From: a virus
Taxonomy: Duplodnaviria > Heunggongvirae > Uroviricota > Caudoviricetes
DNA: 64,000 nucleotides
Virus record (IMG/VR): IMGVR_UViG_2926661365_000002
Reading direction: 5' to 3' (one strand)
The notes under the pieces were generated by a model. It did not search any database. It was not told the DNA's origin and saw only the letters and a list, made by a program, of their open reading frames with translations. Shown here piece by piece: positions 63,424-64,000 of the stretch (position 1 is the first letter of the stretch; the number at the start of each line of letters is the position of its first letter). The position numbers and the translations under genes are program-made.

Positions 63424-63755
63424 CAACGCGCTTTGATAACCTTCCCACCGACGAGCTGGTGGAGCTTGAGCGCCAGGCGCGGGATGATCGCAAGCTGCTC
63501 ATGAGGCTCATCCAGCAGCGTTTCGAGGCGGAGTGCGGTCGCGAGATCGGCCGCATCTACCGCATCCACTCAGGGCGCTACGCTGGCAGGCGTATGCTTC
63601 TGCAATACATCGCCCTTGGCGGGGGCATCCCCATGATCCACACCCAGGAACCGGTCTACCCGGTTGCCCAAGGCCCGCTCGACAAGAGGGGCGGGTTCAA
63701 CAATCGGCATCAGGAGACACGCCTGTCAAACCTCGCGCTGGAGCCGGAGCCATGA
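63420..63755 (+). CDS. Hypothetical protein
   Basis: 111 aa. Confidence 0.4.
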   Translation: MTTRFDNLPTDELVELERQARDDRKLLMRLIQQRFEAECGREIGRIYRIHSGRYAGRRMLLQYIALGGGIPMIHTQEPVYPVAQGPLDKRGGFNNRHQETRLSNLALEPEP

Positions 63756-64000
63756 ACATCGCCGCCTGGACAGAGTTCAAGCCCTGCGAATGCGGCGACG
63801 AGGGCTGCAACAAGCAGACAACCTACCTGATGCAGAACGGGGTCCAGCTCGGCGTCGTCGCCTTCTATGGCAACGCCTACTACTCCATGACCCAGATAAC
63901 CCGCCTGGGTCCGAGCCTCTCCCTCGAGGCAGCCAAGGCCAAGGTCGAGAACCTCGCTGCCTACGAGGCCTACACCTACCCGACGATGGGGAACGCATGA
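63752..64000 (+). CDS. Small Cys-containing hypothetical protein
   Basis: 82 aa. CECGDEGC. Confidence 0.4.
   Translation: MNIAAWTEFKPCECGDEGCNKQTTYLMQNGVQLGVVAFYGNAYYSMTQITRLGPSLSLEAAKAKVENLAAYEAYTYPTMGNA

Noticed and set aside
1-64000. CRISPR arrays, integrase/attachment sites, lysis cassette
   Set aside because: No spacer-repeat periodicity, no tyrosine or serine recombinase motifs and no lysozyme or holin pair were detected. The prophage ends are presumably outside this window.

Overview
The whole 64 kb window is the interior of a high-GC (about 65%) temperate phage/prophage, most likely from an alphaproteobacterium (it carries a GcrA-like regulator and a CcrM-type MT-A70 methylase). No integrase, lysis cassette, tRNA or CRISPR array is visible, so the prophage ends lie outside the window.

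Main blocks, left to right:
- 1-23704, minus strand: one long late operon (23704 down to 1). It encodes a basic hypothetical protein, small and large (GpA-like) terminase, a gpW-like head-tail joining protein, a lambda-family portal, a fused prohead protease-scaffold-major capsid protein, a DUF2190 protein, two neck/completion candidates, and then a P2-ordered contractile-tail module: gpV spike, a Cys/His-rich small protein, gpW, gpJ, gpI, a large fiber/baseplate protein, tail fiber, fiber-assembly chaperone, a stand-alone second receptor-binding-domain paralog, sheath, tube, a chaperone with a -1 frameshift extension, tape measure, and the start of gpU.
- 23705-25790: non-coding region with a GGCTGGCAGG / GTGGCCACGCTATGCGG repeat array and a 1.2 kb AT-rich island. 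This is a candidate cos/pac or regulatory region.
- 25792-45188, plus strand: a block of about 45 mostly small genes that converges on the replication operon. It includes a gamma-type N6-adenine methylase with an approximately 340-aa N-terminal domain (C-terminal motifs I and IV), an acidic protein, a DUF3150-like protein, a MoxR AAA+ ATPase paired with a VWA/HEIMH-zincin protein, an HNH-AP2 endonuclease, an XRE regulator and a secreted Asp/Gly-repeat protein. It also carries an expanded family of at least 13 diverged small paralogs that share a (T/S)R-x-F core and a C-terminal LTxEE...A.CLA.SLT helix. Many genes are preceded by a conserved TAACCCGCAACCATGC start-associated motif.
- 45058-52390, minus strand: early/replication operon. 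It holds Cro-like and GcrA-like regulators, an HNH endonuclease interrupted by an in-frame amber codon, an MT-A70 adenine methylase, a C5-methylase-like protein, a RuvC-like resolvase, primase, a DnaB helicase and three unknowns.
- 52522-53223, plus strand: CI-like repressor, divergent from the Cro-like gene, followed by a strong terminator.
- 53788-64000, plus strand: an ABC/SMC-like ATPase plus HNH nuclease pair (Septu-like, sitting where lambda rexAB would be), a PD-(D/E)xK exonuclease and RecT recombination genes, an SPFH/band-7 protein, tiny membrane proteins, a DEDDh exonuclease, a low-GC HNH moron and further unknowns.

All protein-family calls come from motif recognition by eye and need HMM or structure confirmation.
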